Shown in pieces: positions 1 through 8,179 of a stretch of 24,000 bases of DNA. The stretch is from positions 25,633-49,632 of the forward strand of contig NZ_KQ034055.1 of the NCBI RefSeq assembly GCF_000970855.1, in the 5' to 3' direction. Source of the stretch: Lactobacillus helsingborgensis (GTDB lineage Bacteria > Bacillota > Bacilli > Lactobacillales > Lactobacillaceae). The notes under the pieces were generated by a model, which was given only the letters and a program-made list of their open reading frames with translations, did not search any database and was not told the origin of the DNA. The position numbers were made by a program, and so were the translations under genes. Within the stretch, counting starts at the first letter, position 1. Each line of letters starts with the position of its first letter.

Positions 1-1
1 A

Positions 2-151
2 TCTAGAGTTTTTAAAACACTCAAAATAGCAATTTGGGAGAAATTAACAATTGCGGTAAAAGTTGCAGTGATACAAATTGGCGTTTTAGTAGTTTTAGCA
101 TTCCTATATATATTATTGGATTTAATAGTTATGAGATTTATAGTGAGATAA
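2..151 (+). CDS. 3' end of an unidentified membrane protein (partial, starts before window)
   Basis: Frame 2 is open from the window edge to TAA at 149-151. The peptide ends ...WEKLTIAVKVAVIQIGVLVVLAFLYILLDLIVMRFIVR*, a strong C-terminal transmembrane helix. It is co-directional with secA2, 38 nt upstream. Confidence 0.55.
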   Translation, partial: SRVFKTLKIAIWEKLTIAVKVAVIQIGVLVVLAFLYILLDLIVMRFIVR

Positions 152-189
152 GAGCGTTGACTAAAATGAGGGATGAAATATAACTAGAA

Positions 190-2646
190 ATGAGTTTACG
201 AGCATTAATAGAAAATAATAGGTCAAAGATAAAGAAACTGCAGAAATTAGTTGAAAAAATCGAAATATTATCTGGCCAGTACTCGCAACTGAGTGATAAT
301 CAATTACAAACAGAAACGGATAGGTTTAAAACACTTTATGCTAACGGAACAAGTCTTGATCAATTATTACCTGAAGCCTTTGCAGCTATAAGAGAAGCTG
401 ATAAGCGCGTCTTAGGTATTTATCCTTACCCTGTGCAGTTAATGGGAGGTATAGTTCTTCATCAGGGAAACCTAGCAGAAATGAAAACTGGAGAAGGCAA
501 GACGATAACTGAGACTATGCCTACTTATTTAAATGCACTTGCTGGAAAGGGAGTTCACGTAGTAACTGTGAACGATTATTTATCAAAAAGAGACTTTGAA
601 GAAATGAGTTCAGTTTTCACTTTTATGGGATTAACTGTTGGGCAAAATGGAAATGATATGTCAATTGAATTAAAGCAGAAAGCCTATAACTGTGACATAA
701 CATATTCTACTAATGATGCTTTGGCTTTTGATTATTTGAGAGACAATATGGCTCTATTTAAAGCCAATCAAGTCCAAAGACATTTAAATTATGTAATTGT
801 TGATGAAATAGATTCAATCTTAATAGACGAAGCAAGGACACCGTTAATCATAGCTGGTGATGCAAAAAGCTATAAAACTATGTATAAACAGGCTGACGAG
901 TTGGCCAAACGAATGACAAAAGAAGATTATGAAATTGATCGAGAAACTAAGACTGTCACTCTAAAGCGTTCAGGTATTTTAAAAGCAAATAATGCTTTAG
1001 GATTAAAAAATGTCTACGGTAAAGATTCTTATGTATTAGCTCACTATCTTGATGTAGCTATGAAAGCTAATTATACAATGGATAAAGATAAGGACTATAT
1101 CGTTAAAGATGGTCAAGTATTAATTGTAGATACATTCACTGGTCGCGTAATGGAAGGTAGGCGGTTTTCCGATGGACTCCATCAGGCACTAGAAGCGAAA
1201 GAAAATTTAACAATCAATGATGCTAATAAAACAGAAGCAACAATAACTTATCAGAATTATTTTAAATTATATAAAAAATTAGCTGGAATGACAGGGACTG
1301 CTGCAACTGAAAGCCAGGAATTTTATGAAACATTTGGGATGCAAGTAATTTCTATACCAACAAATAGACCAAATATTAGAAAAGATATGAATGATGAGCT
1401 TTATCCAACCGAAAAATCAAAGTTTAGAGCTGTGGTTAAAAAAATAGAAAAGGTACACGCAAGCGGTCAACCAATTCTAGTAGGAACGGCATCAGTTGAA
1501 CATTCAGAGTTGATTTCAAATTTGTTATCTAGTAAAAACATTCCACATACAATGCTTAATGCTAAAAATAATGAAAAAGAAGCCGAGGTTATAGCAATGG
1601 CTGGACAGCTTGGCGCTGTGACTATAGCTACTAATATGGCTGGTAGAGGTACAGATATTAAATTGGGACCTGGGGTAGAACAACTCGGAGGGTTATTTGT
1701 CTTGGGAACCGAAAAACATGAGTCAAGAAGAATTGATGAGCAGCTGAGAGGAAGAGCAGCAAGACAAGGCAATCCAGGAATTACTGTTTTCTATATGTCG
1801 TTAGAAGATGAGGTGGTAACTAGATTTGGTGGAAAACAAGCAGAAAAAATCAAAAAAAAATGCATTAGCAATAATACAGAAATGCAGTCAATAAAAAGTA
1901 ATAGGATAATTGATAGAACAATAGAAGAGGCTCAGAAACGAGTTGAAGGAAATAATTTTGATCAGCGTAAAGAAACATTAAGATACGATGATGTATTGAA
2001 TGAGCAAAGAAAAGATTTTTATAACGAACGTCAGAAAATTATTGACTACAAAGGCGATCTGACTTCTTTCATTATAGGAATGCTAGCTAGAACAATAATA
2101 AGAGTAGTTGATAAATTCTACCTAGATTTTGAACATGCTAATTATAGAGGCCTAGTTACATACGTAAGAGAAAGCTTAAATTTAGACCTTGATCCTGAGG
2201 GGACCCTTGAAGAATTCAAATTAGCAGATAAACGGGGCGAAAAAATTAAGCGCAATCTTAAAGAAAAAATTGAAAAAAACAAGAGGTTCCATCGAATAAG
2301 TTTAAGCAGACTTAAAACATTTAGTAAAAAAGAGTTGAGAGAATATATTTTTTCACAAGTCAAAAAAGAAGTTAATGATAAAAAATCATTATTAGTTGAT
2401 GAGAGAAGCTTAAATGATTTTGAGCGAATAATAATGTTAAGACAATTTGACTACAATTGGAAAAGTCATATTTATGAAATAGAGCAATTGCGTGAAGCAG
2501 TGACTCTACGTGGATATGGCCAATATAATCCATTAGTTGAATATCAAAAAATGGCTCATACTTTGTATCAGCAAATGGTTAATAACATAGAAAAAGACGT
2601 TAGCGAGTTTTTCTTAACGGCTGAAATAAGAGAAAGTGTTCAATAA
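190..2646 (+). CDS. secA2: Accessory Sec system translocase ATPase SecA2
   Basis: 818 aa with SecA signatures: IYPYPVQLMGGIVLHQGNLAEMKTGEGKTI (Walker A), VIVDEIDSILIDEARTPLII, FYETFGMQVISIPTNRP, ATNMAGRGTDIKLGPGV, ESRRIDEQLRGRAARQG. Short length and absence of a C-terminal zinc motif, plus an adjacent secY2, support SecA2. Confidence 0.95.
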   Translation: MSLRALIENNRSKIKKLQKLVEKIEILSGQYSQLSDNQLQTETDRFKTLYANGTSLDQLLPEAFAAIREADKRVLGIYPYPVQLMGGIVLHQGNLAEMKTGEGKTITETMPTYLNALAGKGVHVVTVNDYLSKRDFEEMSSVFTFMGLTVGQNGNDMSIELKQKAYNCDITYSTNDALAFDYLRDNMALFKANQVQRHLNYVIVDEIDSILIDEARTPLIIAGDAKSYKTMYKQADELAKRMTKEDYEIDRETKTVTLKRSGILKANNALGLKNVYGKDSYVLAHYLDVAMKANYTMDKDKDYIVKDGQVLIVDTFTGRVMEGRRFSDGLHQALEAKENLTINDANKTEATITYQNYFKLYKKLAGMTGTAATESQEFYETFGMQVISIPTNRPNIRKDMNDELYPTEKSKFRAVVKKIEKVHASGQPILVGTASVEHSELISNLLSSKNIPHTMLNAKNNEKEAEVIAMAGQLGAVTIATNMAGRGTDIKLGPGVEQLGGLFVLGTEKHESRRIDEQLRGRAARQGNPGITVFYMSLEDEVVTRFGGKQAEKIKKKCISNNTEMQSIKSNRIIDRTIEEAQKRVEGNNFDQRKETLRYDDVLNEQRKDFYNERQKIIDYKGDLTSFIIGMLARTIIRVVDKFYLDFEHANYRGLVTYVRESLNLDLDPEGTLEEFKLADKRGEKIKRNLKEKIEKNKRFHRISLSRLKTFSKKELREYIFSQVKKEVNDKKSLLVDERSLNDFERIIMLRQFDYNWKSHIYEIEQLREAVTLRGYGQYNPLVEYQKMAHTLYQQMVNNIEKDVSEFFLTAEIRESVQ

Positions 2647-2649
2647 GAG

Positions 2650-3936
2650 ATGGTTACTCCAAAAAAAGAAAGTCGCCAAAATTTGATAAGGAGATTTGCG
2701 ATTACCATATTTGTGTTAATTATATACGATCTTTTAACATATGTGACAATTCCTGGCGTAAATCCTAGACAGCTAGTTCTACTAAGCAATAATGCAACTC
2801 TTACCATGATTAGTTTGTTATCTGGAGGTGGTTTTCAAAACTTTTCACTAATGTCAATGGGGGTCAGTTCTTATGTATCATCACAAATTATAGTCCAGCT
2901 TTTACAGTCAAACGTAGTGTCAACGTTTACTGATTGGAGTAAACAAGGAGAAATAGGAAGAAGAAAATTAGGCCAACTAGTAAGAAGTTTTACAGTTATT
3001 TTAGGCTTAGTGCAATCTGTTGGCATAATTTCCGGGATTAATACTTTAACCAACTATGGTTTTGTTTTAATAAATAGTTGGTGGAACTACTTAGTAATTG
3101 GTTTCTTGTTAACGGCTGGCACATTTATTGCAATGTGGCTAGGGGATCAAATTACACAATATGGATTAGGAAATGGGATATCAGTAATTATTGCAGCAGG
3201 TATTGTCAAGCAATTGCCGAAAAGCGTTAAATCATTCATATTAAATGTGTCTGATACAGCTGGCACAAGCTGGGACAAGATTTTTTTTGTGTGTTTCTTA
3301 TTAATTAGTTTGGTTGTTTTTATTACTTGGTTTAATCGATCTGAATATAGAGTTCCTATACAGTACACCAGAAGGATAAGTCAAACTTCTCCCTACAGTT
3401 ACTTACCATTGAAAATAATTGTGCCGTCGGTTGTCCCGGTTATTTTTAGCAACAGTATTTTAATGATTCCGCAAACATTTTTAATGTTTTTTCAGAATGA
3501 CCAAAAAAATAATTGGTTTAGAGTAGTCAATAATATTTTTTCTTTAAGTACAACTACTGGCATTGTTTTATATATTATTTTAATAATATTTTTTACTTAT
3601 CTTTATTCTCTGATTCAAGTTGACCCAAATATTCTAGCAGACAATCTTTCTCGTCAAGGAGCTTATATACCAGGTGTGTGGCCTGGGGAACCCACAGCTA
3701 TCTATATTCGTAATCTCTTATATGATTTAGACTTGCCAGGATCAATTTTTTTAACAACAATTTCTGTAATTCCAATAATATTATCAAATAGTATTTCACC
3801 AAACCTAAGAACCGGTTTAAGTGGCTCAAGTTTATTAATTGTTATTGGGGTTTTAACAGATATTGGCAGGCAAATAGAGGGATTAAAGTTTAAAGAAAAT
3901 AATCCAAAGATATTAAATGCAGAATATGAAATTTAA
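2650..3936 (+). CDS. secY2: Accessory Sec system translocase channel SecY2
   Basis: 428 aa polytopic SecY-like protein (TIPGVNPRQ, GLGNGISVIIAAGIV, DPNILADNLSRQGAYIPGVWPGEPTAIYI, LPGSIFLTTISVIPI). Starts 3 nt after the secA2 stop. Confidence 0.93.
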   Translation: MVTPKKESRQNLIRRFAITIFVLIIYDLLTYVTIPGVNPRQLVLLSNNATLTMISLLSGGGFQNFSLMSMGVSSYVSSQIIVQLLQSNVVSTFTDWSKQGEIGRRKLGQLVRSFTVILGLVQSVGIISGINTLTNYGFVLINSWWNYLVIGFLLTAGTFIAMWLGDQITQYGLGNGISVIIAAGIVKQLPKSVKSFILNVSDTAGTSWDKIFFVCFLLISLVVFITWFNRSEYRVPIQYTRRISQTSPYSYLPLKIIVPSVVPVIFSNSILMIPQTFLMFFQNDQKNNWFRVVNNIFSLSTTTGIVLYIILIIFFTYLYSLIQVDPNILADNLSRQGAYIPGVWPGEPTAIYIRNLLYDLDLPGSIFLTTISVIPIILSNSISPNLRTGLSGSSLLIVIGVLTDIGRQIEGLKFKENNPKILNAEYEI

Positions 3937-4330
3937 AAATAATGTAAAAATCTTTAGAAAAGTAAAAAATATGCACCATTTTATTGAAATAGCATTGCTT
4001 GTAATAGGAACTAGATATATTTTTTTGCCTTATACAAGATATGTAATTTGGGAGCAAAATACTACTTTTAATAAAATTAGTTCTAATTCGAATAAATTAG
4101 CAATCATTTACCGTAAAGATTGTATTCGGTGTAAAAAAACTTTACCTAGGCTAATGATAAAACATGCTTTAGACAAAAAGTATGTATACATAATTAATGT
4201 CAATAATTTAACTAAAAGGCAATTAAAGAGACTAGATGTCAATAGTACGCCGGTATTTAGACTGAAAAACCTAAGTTATAACACTGTAGACCAAAGGAAA
4301 ATACAGGATCTTTGGTTGAATTCAAAGTAA
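3917..4330 (+). CDS. Membrane-anchored thioredoxin-fold protein linked to the accessory Sec genes
   Basis: Overlaps the secY2 3' end by 20 nt. N-terminal hydrophobic segment (HFIEIALLVIGTRYIFLPY), CxxC motif (KDCIRCKKTLPR) and a cis-Pro-like loop (VNSTPVFRL) as in thioredoxins. The exact start codon is uncertain. Confidence 0.6.
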   Translation: MQNMKFKNNVKIFRKVKNMHHFIEIALLVIGTRYIFLPYTRYVIWEQNTTFNKISSNSNKLAIIYRKDCIRCKKTLPRLMIKHALDKKYVYIINVNNLTKRQLKRLDVNSTPVFRLKNLSYNTVDQRKIQDLWLNSK

Positions 4331-4400
4331 ACGAGATTTAAGTCTTTGGTTAATTTTAAAAGAAGAAAAAGTTACACTCAATTTATAAAAAAACAAAGGA

Positions 4401-4424
4401 GCGCGTCTTATTTCTAAGACGCGC
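4401..4424 (-). terminator. GC-rich hairpin followed by a T-rich tract on the minus strand
   Basis: gcgcgtctta-tttc-taagacgcgc, a perfect 10-bp stem. On the minus strand it is followed by tcctttgttttttt. Confidence 0.5.
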
Positions 4425-4530
4425 CAGTTACAGCGAGGTCTGTACACAATAGTTAAGTTATTAAATAATAAACAAAAGGCAAATTTTACTTTTAATTTGA
4501 ATTAGAAAGCTTGAACCAGAGTGTAATGAG

Positions 4531-4564
4531 ATAAAAAAGAAGTGCATTGTGAGCAATGCACTTC
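4531..4564 (-). terminator. Rho-independent terminator of the helveticin J-like gene
   Basis: gaagtgcattg-tgag-caatgcacttc, a perfect 11-bp stem at 4539-4564. The minus strand continues with tttttta. It lies just beyond the stop at 4599. Confidence 0.85.
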
Positions 4565-4598
4565 TCAATATAGATAGATTATTCTATTTTATTTATAT

Positions 4599-5756
4599 TT
4601 AATTTGTCACACTTTCTACGGGGACCCAATCCCAGTTTAATTCGTAAATCACGTTTAATACTGTCGTGTTTTTACCTTTTACTAAAGCATGGTAAGCAAC
4701 AGTTACATAAGCATGATCTTCATCAATTATTTGAATACCTTCAACTTCACTATGCTTACCGGCGATGTCGATTTTTTTCCATTTACTTAGGTTGACTGCA
4801 AACCAATTAGACATATCAGCTCTTTCTTCTTCTGATAATTTTTCCCCATTTTCACTTCTTGAAGGAATTTTTATAATTTGTTTGTGATATGTTGTAAATT
4901 TCTTTTTAACTTTATCGTAAAATGGGGATTTTTGACTGGTAATATAAATGTTACCGTCATTGTCTAAATCGTATCCCTGAACAGACTCAATATTTCCTTG
5001 ATAGCGTATTACATCGATAGGTTGCTTAGTTTTTTTGTCTTTACCCTTCTTATACATGTTTAAAAAGGGTTTGACAGTAAAACTTTCTATCTCACTTTTA
5101 TCTGGATCTTTTAATTTATCCGTCAAATCACCTATATTAATAAGACCATGTTCACCTTCTTTTTTATCAAGTTCCTCGTTAATACAATGAGTAGGATAAA
5201 TTGCAAAATGTCCAGTACCATTTTTCTCTACACTGGCAATTAAAAACTTTTTATAATCAGGTGAAAGGGCAATTTCAACTCGATGCATATATTTGCCAGC
5301 AAATCTATCTTTTTCATTTCCTGCTCTGTTTAAATATCCTAATCGTGTAAGCTGAGCATTAGAACTATATACAGGCTTGGAATTTTTGATATCAATTCTA
5401 GCTATTTGAGTATCCCATTTACTTGAACCTTTACTACTCTTTGTTCCAACAAACCATTTATTTGTAATACCAGAATATTCCCATGTCTCTGAATGTCCTC
5501 CAGCCTTACTTTTAAGAATTAATAAAGGTGAGGATTCATTCATTGGTATTTTAAAGTTTGTTCCTTCTTCATTTGATTTTGGCCGTTTGCCTCGTAAAAT
5601 ATAAATGTTTTTACTTTGACCTCTCAATTGAAGAGCATAGATAAAAGATGTACCAATATTACCTTTCTGTACAACAGAATGATGTTTTATATCTAGTTCA
5701 AACTTTTTAATTTTATTTATGTGCGTTGCATATGACTTAAACTTAAATTCTACCAT
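4599..5756 (-). CDS. Helveticin J family class III bacteriocin-like protein
   Basis: 385 aa. Recognisable helveticin J features: FELDIKHHSVVQKGNIGTSFIYALQLRG, GGHSETWEYSG..KWFVGTKSSK..SSKWDTQIARIDI, RLGYLNRAG, HRVEIALSPDYKKFLIASVEKNGTGHFAIY, VQGYDLDNDGNIYITSQKSP, GKHSEVEGIQIIDEDHAYVTVAYH. SD AGAAGGAG lies upstream of the ATG at 5756. Confidence 0.9.
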   Translation of the reverse strand: MVEFKFKSYATHINKIKKFELDIKHHSVVQKGNIGTSFIYALQLRGQSKNIYILRGKRPKSNEEGTNFKIPMNESSPLLILKSKAGGHSETWEYSGITNKWFVGTKSSKGSSKWDTQIARIDIKNSKPVYSSNAQLTRLGYLNRAGNEKDRFAGKYMHRVEIALSPDYKKFLIASVEKNGTGHFAIYPTHCINEELDKKEGEHGLINIGDLTDKLKDPDKSEIESFTVKPFLNMYKKGKDKKTKQPIDVIRYQGNIESVQGYDLDNDGNIYITSQKSPFYDKVKKKFTTYHKQIIKIPSRSENGEKLSEEERADMSNWFAVNLSKWKKIDIAGKHSEVEGIQIIDEDHAYVTVAYHALVKGKNTTVLNVIYELNWDWVPVESVTN

Positions 5757-5776
5757 TTTAAATATCTCCTTCTAAA

Positions 5777-5832
5777 ATATACGAACACGTGTTCCTATAT
5801 GTGAATATATCATTTTTCTGGGTTAAAAGCAA
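5777..5832 (-). promoter_or_regulatory. Promoter plus candidate operator palindrome for the helveticin J-like gene
   Basis: Minus strand: -35 TTGCTT (5827-5832), 17-nt spacer, TGA-TATATT extended -10 (5804-5809), then palindrome GAACACGTGTTC (5783-5794). The palindrome extends to 5777-5800 with one mismatched pair. Confidence 0.6.
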
Positions 5833-5871
5833 ATCTAAATTTGGGGAAATATAAAAGTGTGAAAATACTTA

Positions 5872-5920
5872 TTTATTAAAAAATGAGACCCGAAAGTTAG
5901 ACAACTTCCGAGCCTCATTT
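5872..5920 (-). terminator. Rho-independent terminator of the SLAP-like gene
   Basis: Minus strand: AAATGAGGCTCGGAAGTTGTCTAACTTTCGGGTCTCATTTTTTAAT, a long imperfect stem with a T tract directly after the gene at 5946-7040. Confidence 0.8.
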
Positions 5921-5945
5921 CACTTTTACATAACTTCACTAATTT

Positions 5946-7040
5946 TTATTTTTTATGAAAATTTTTAATTGCTTCTTCAGGAGTATTACTTGGACTTAAT
6001 TTTAGGCCATCAATAAATTTGACATCTTTTTTCTTAACATAACCTTGACCTACATTTATTACATCAGATCCACTGCTTCCGTTTGGCAAATCTGTAGCAT
6101 AAAATTGATGACCTGCTAAATGATAAAACAGCTCTACTTTGTTATCATTTTGCACCCATATATAAAGCAATTTGTTTACTTTTATAAAACCTCCTTGTTT
6201 GATAATTTTTTGCCCATGATGATCTTGCTTTGTACCGTCAGCATTATAAACATCAGTATCTTTATAAAACATAATATAAGTATAATGTTCAAATTTATAA
6301 TCATGTATTGGTATTTTCTTATCCGCTTTGACATCGCGGTACCATATCCAAAAGTCTGTACCTTTAATATGATATTCATATCCATCAGGATCGTCTATAT
6401 CCATGGAAGAATATTGAGCATAATCAACTTTGAATTTGGTTCCTTTCTTGACTCTCTTTACAATGTCTTCATCGTCACTATCAATATAAGCATAATCAGT
6501 AATATCAGCACCTTTTTTTGCAGTTACTGTCACAGTTGTTTCTTCTGTATTAGAGCCAATAATTTTACCCAAGTTAGCAGCTTTGACGTATTGTTTTTTA
6601 GGTCCACCAATACGGTAATATCTTAGACCGTTCTTAAATTTGAAGGAATTGCCATAAGTTGTAATCGTCTTACCTTTTTTAAGTAAGCGAGAATCGGCTC
6701 TACGTGAACTCGTAGCGTAAACAAAGGAATTATGTTTGATTTTACGTTTAACGCCATCTATGTTGCTGGCCTTGATATATTTATTTTTACCGCTAATTTC
6801 GTAACCTGGTGCAAACGGTTTAAATCTAAAAGAAATTGGATCGTCGTCCACCGTAACTTGAGTATAAGCCGTATATTTTCCTTTGACTTTATCACCGTAT
6901 AAGTCGCAAGCTTGAGCATTATGCATTATAGTCTTAACAATACTTTTGGCGTCTACAGTATTAACATGTTGGTTTAATATCAAACTTACAGACGCGCTTA
7001 AGATAGCAACTAGTAAGTAGCGAAAAAGTTTTTTATACAT
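5946..7040 (-). CDS. Secreted protein with SLAP-like (Lactobacillus S-layer attachment type) repeats
   Basis: 364 aa with signal peptide MYKKLFRYLLVAILSASVSLILNQHVNTVDA. Basic, tyrosine-rich modules such as GKTITTYGNSFKFKNGLRYYRIGGPKKQYVKAANLG resemble SLAP-domain surface proteins. Confidence 0.65.
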   Translation of the reverse strand: MYKKLFRYLLVAILSASVSLILNQHVNTVDAKSIVKTIMHNAQACDLYGDKVKGKYTAYTQVTVDDDPISFRFKPFAPGYEISGKNKYIKASNIDGVKRKIKHNSFVYATSSRRADSRLLKKGKTITTYGNSFKFKNGLRYYRIGGPKKQYVKAANLGKIIGSNTEETTVTVTAKKGADITDYAYIDSDDEDIVKRVKKGTKFKVDYAQYSSMDIDDPDGYEYHIKGTDFWIWYRDVKADKKIPIHDYKFEHYTYIMFYKDTDVYNADGTKQDHHGQKIIKQGGFIKVNKLLYIWVQNDNKVELFYHLAGHQFYATDLPNGSSGSDVINVGQGYVKKKDVKFIDGLKLSPSNTPEEAIKNFHKK

Positions 7041-7162
7041 ATAACTTTTACTTCTTTCTTTAAGGCACTAACCAAACTAATTATAACGCTTTTATTTGAG
7101 TAAAATTAAGAGTAAAAGATTTTATCTAAAGTATCAAGCTAGTTAATCATAAGATATCACAG

Positions 7163-7888
7163 TTAGATAATGTCTGGATCAGAGCACCATCTGACTTCAA
7201 AGACCCGGTTACAAACTGGTACGATTGATCTAATAAAGTGCTTGTCAATTTTGAGGCTGTAATAAGAAACAGTTAAAAAAATATGATCTTCACTAATTAC
7301 TTGGATACTTTTAAATTCAGTTGTGCAGTGCTCATGATCCAAAATAGTGTCATCTAGCATATCTAAGATTCTCCATTCAGAAGGATCCGTGCTGTTCCAA
7401 GCTATTTTGATAATTTTACGGTCATGCGAAAAATAATTACTTACGGTTGGAGGATATTCGCTAGCGATATATATATTAAATCTATTATCAATTCCAAAAC
7501 CTTGGAAAGAGCCAACTAAACTACTAAAGTTTTTAATCATAAATTTACTAAAATAATCTACATTTTCAAGGTTAAGAACATCATCCTCATTATCATCAAT
7601 AAGTGATGCTATATTATTTAAATCGTAAGAAACGAAATAAGCAGTGCCACATTTGTCAATTACCATCAAAACAAAAGAGCCATAGTCTGGTGTGATTGTA
7701 ATACGTGAAGAAAGTATGTCAGACTTTTCAATATTAAAGTTACCAGCCTTATTTAAACCTGATAGATGCTTTAAAACAATACTCGAATCGTACTCGATAT
7801 AATTTGTAGGAGTAGTTTTATCTGTTAACAACTTACTATATAAAGACTTACTTATTTTATATTTAGGTATAATTAGTGCTTTACTCAT
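7163..7888 (-). CDS. Short, divergent helveticin J-like protein
   Basis: 241 aa from the internal ATG at 7888, preceded by AAAGGA (the ORF track starts at 7954). Motifs parallel the 385-aa protein: LSGLNKAGNF vs LGYLNRAGN, ITPDYGSFVLMVIDKCGTAYF vs LSPDYKKFLIASVEKNGTGHF, FQGFGIDNRFNIYIASE vs VQGYDLDNDGNIYITSQ, FKSIQVISEDHIFLTVSYYSL vs VEGIQIIDEDHAYVTVAYHAL. It lacks the N-terminal third. Confidence 0.75.
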   Translation of the reverse strand: MSKALIIPKYKISKSLYSKLLTDKTTPTNYIEYDSSIVLKHLSGLNKAGNFNIEKSDILSSRITITPDYGSFVLMVIDKCGTAYFVSYDLNNIASLIDDNEDDVLNLENVDYFSKFMIKNFSSLVGSFQGFGIDNRFNIYIASEYPPTVSNYFSHDRKIIKIAWNSTDPSEWRILDMLDDTILDHEHCTTEFKSIQVISEDHIFLTVSYYSLKIDKHFIRSIVPVCNRVFEVRWCSDPDII

Positions 7889-7944
7889 AAATATCACGTC
7901 CTTTAACATAAAAAACATTAATATTAACATATCTTTCCAATACC

Positions 7945-8010
7945 AATATAGCATAATTTTATATAAAAAGCAAACGTACGTTTGCTTTTTGCGGAATTTA
8001 GTGCTATATT
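7945..8010. promoter_or_regulatory. Divergent back-to-back promoters sharing a 26-bp perfect palindrome
   Basis: Palindrome AAAAAGCAAACGTACGTTTGCTTTTT at 7965-7990. Minus promoter: TTGCTT (7968-7973), 17 nt, TATATT (7945-7950). Plus promoter: TTGCTT (7982-7987), 17 nt, TATATT (8005-8010). Both -10 elements are preceded by TGC. Confidence 0.7.
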
Positions 8011-8120
8011 ATCCATTAGTATAGATTTATTATTTAAATATTTGTGGAAATTATAAAAACCAAAAAAGGAGGTAATTGCTCAAACTAAGATGATAATGAT
8101 AGATTCGAAGTTTAAAACGT

Positions 8121-8157
8121 AAGCCTCTTGGTTCTTCTACCAATAGGCTTTTTGTTT
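8121..8157 (+). terminator. Leader terminator or attenuator upstream of the holin-like operon
   Basis: AAGCCT-c-TTGG-ttcttcta-CCAA-t-AGGCTT followed by TTTGTTT, lying between the predicted plus-strand promoter and the ATG at 8180. Confidence 0.6.
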
Positions 8158-8179
8158 AGAAGAAGGGGAAGTGAGAAAT

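Noticed and set aside
1467-1772. 101-aa minus-strand ORF inside secA2
   Set aside because: Antisense to a clearly conserved coding region; low-complexity composition; no SD.
2142-2363. 73-aa minus-strand ORF inside secA2
   Set aside because: Shadow ORF antisense to secA2.
2871-3368. Minus-strand ORFs (60 and 73 aa) inside secY2
   Set aside because: Antisense shadows of a conserved membrane protein gene.
190-4330. Complete accessory Sec glycoprotein export locus
   Set aside because: No asp1-3, glycosyltransferase or serine-rich adhesin gene is visible in the window; they may lie upstream, so only secA2/secY2 are claimed.
4604-4795. 63-aa plus-strand ORF antisense to the helveticin J-like gene
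   Set aside because: No SD; opposes a confidently recognised gene.
6120-6626. 168-aa plus-strand ORF, and a 67-aa ORF, opposite the SLAP-like gene
   Set aside because: The hydrophobic pattern is the complement of Tyr/Lys/Asp-rich codons; the minus-strand gene has a signal peptide and a terminator, these do not.
8090-8122. 10-codon ORF ATGATAATGATAGATTCGAAG... as a toxin peptide
   Set aside because: The SD-to-ATG distance (about 17 nt) is too long and the peptide MIMIDSKFKT lacks a TM helix, so a Fst-like type I toxin is not supported.
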